Shown here piece after piece: positions 43,768 through 43,954 of a DNA stretch of 43,954 nt. The translations under genes and the position numbers were made by a program. The DNA lies in sequence record DRR723986_6320, one strand, 5' to 3'. Within the stretch, counting starts at the first letter, position 1, and the number at the start of each line of letters is the position of its first letter. The notes below the pieces were generated by a model. That model did not search any database. It saw nothing but the letters and a program-made list of their open reading frames with translations, and was not told the origin of the DNA.

Positions 43768-43913
43768 GTCCCTGCCGCCATGATCTTTCTTGAGGTGAGC
43801 GCGGATATTGCTCAGTCCGGGGCGACCGCTGACTATCTCGCTTCCCGAGCATTCAATCTCTACTTAGTCAGGCCAGCTCTTCCAACAGCGGTTCCCACCC
43901 AAACCTGATCCCC

Positions 43914-43954
43914 CAAACAAAAACCCCCCGCCTTGGGCGAGGGTTGTTTGTTTG
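43914..43954. terminator. intrinsic terminator, probably bidirectional
   Basis: CAAACAAAAACCCCCCGCC-TTG-GGCGAGGGTTGTTTGTTTG inverted repeat with A/T flanks. Confidence 0.7.

Noticed and set aside
43770-43910. Possible small RNA or ORF between the tRNA promoter and the terminal hairpin
   Set aside because: No recognisable structure, family motif or ORF with an RBS

Overview
GC-rich bacterial chromosomal segment. Gene style (TonB-dependent receptor, DUF6482-, DUF3667- and DUF6502/DUF5666-like genes, AsmA) suggests a marine gammaproteobacterium, probably Halieaceae/OM60-NOR5 (inference). About 35 intact CDS and one tRNA-Thr(CGT); no integrase, transposase, CRISPR array or rRNA seen. Main points: (1) a CYP51-type (sterol 14-alpha-demethylase-like) P450 coupled to a CxxHxxC ferredoxin. 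It lies downstream of an internally duplicated unknown protein, a lactonase-like lipoprotein and an old yellow enzyme, and converges on a TonB-dependent receptor: a candidate sterol/lipid scavenging module. (2) An uncharacterised three-gene module next to the tRNA: a DUF6502-like HTH protein with a palindromic operator over its own, probably leaderless, promoter, plus two DUF5666-repeat lipoproteins, one with a (DDx)20 acidic tail. (3) A single-chain PyrD(class 1B)-PyrK fusion. (4) Normally cytoplasmic enzyme families carrying signal peptides (D-2-hydroxyacid dehydrogenase, M17 aminopeptidase). (5) tamB placed before tamA. Family assignments come from motifs recognised by eye; no database searches were run.
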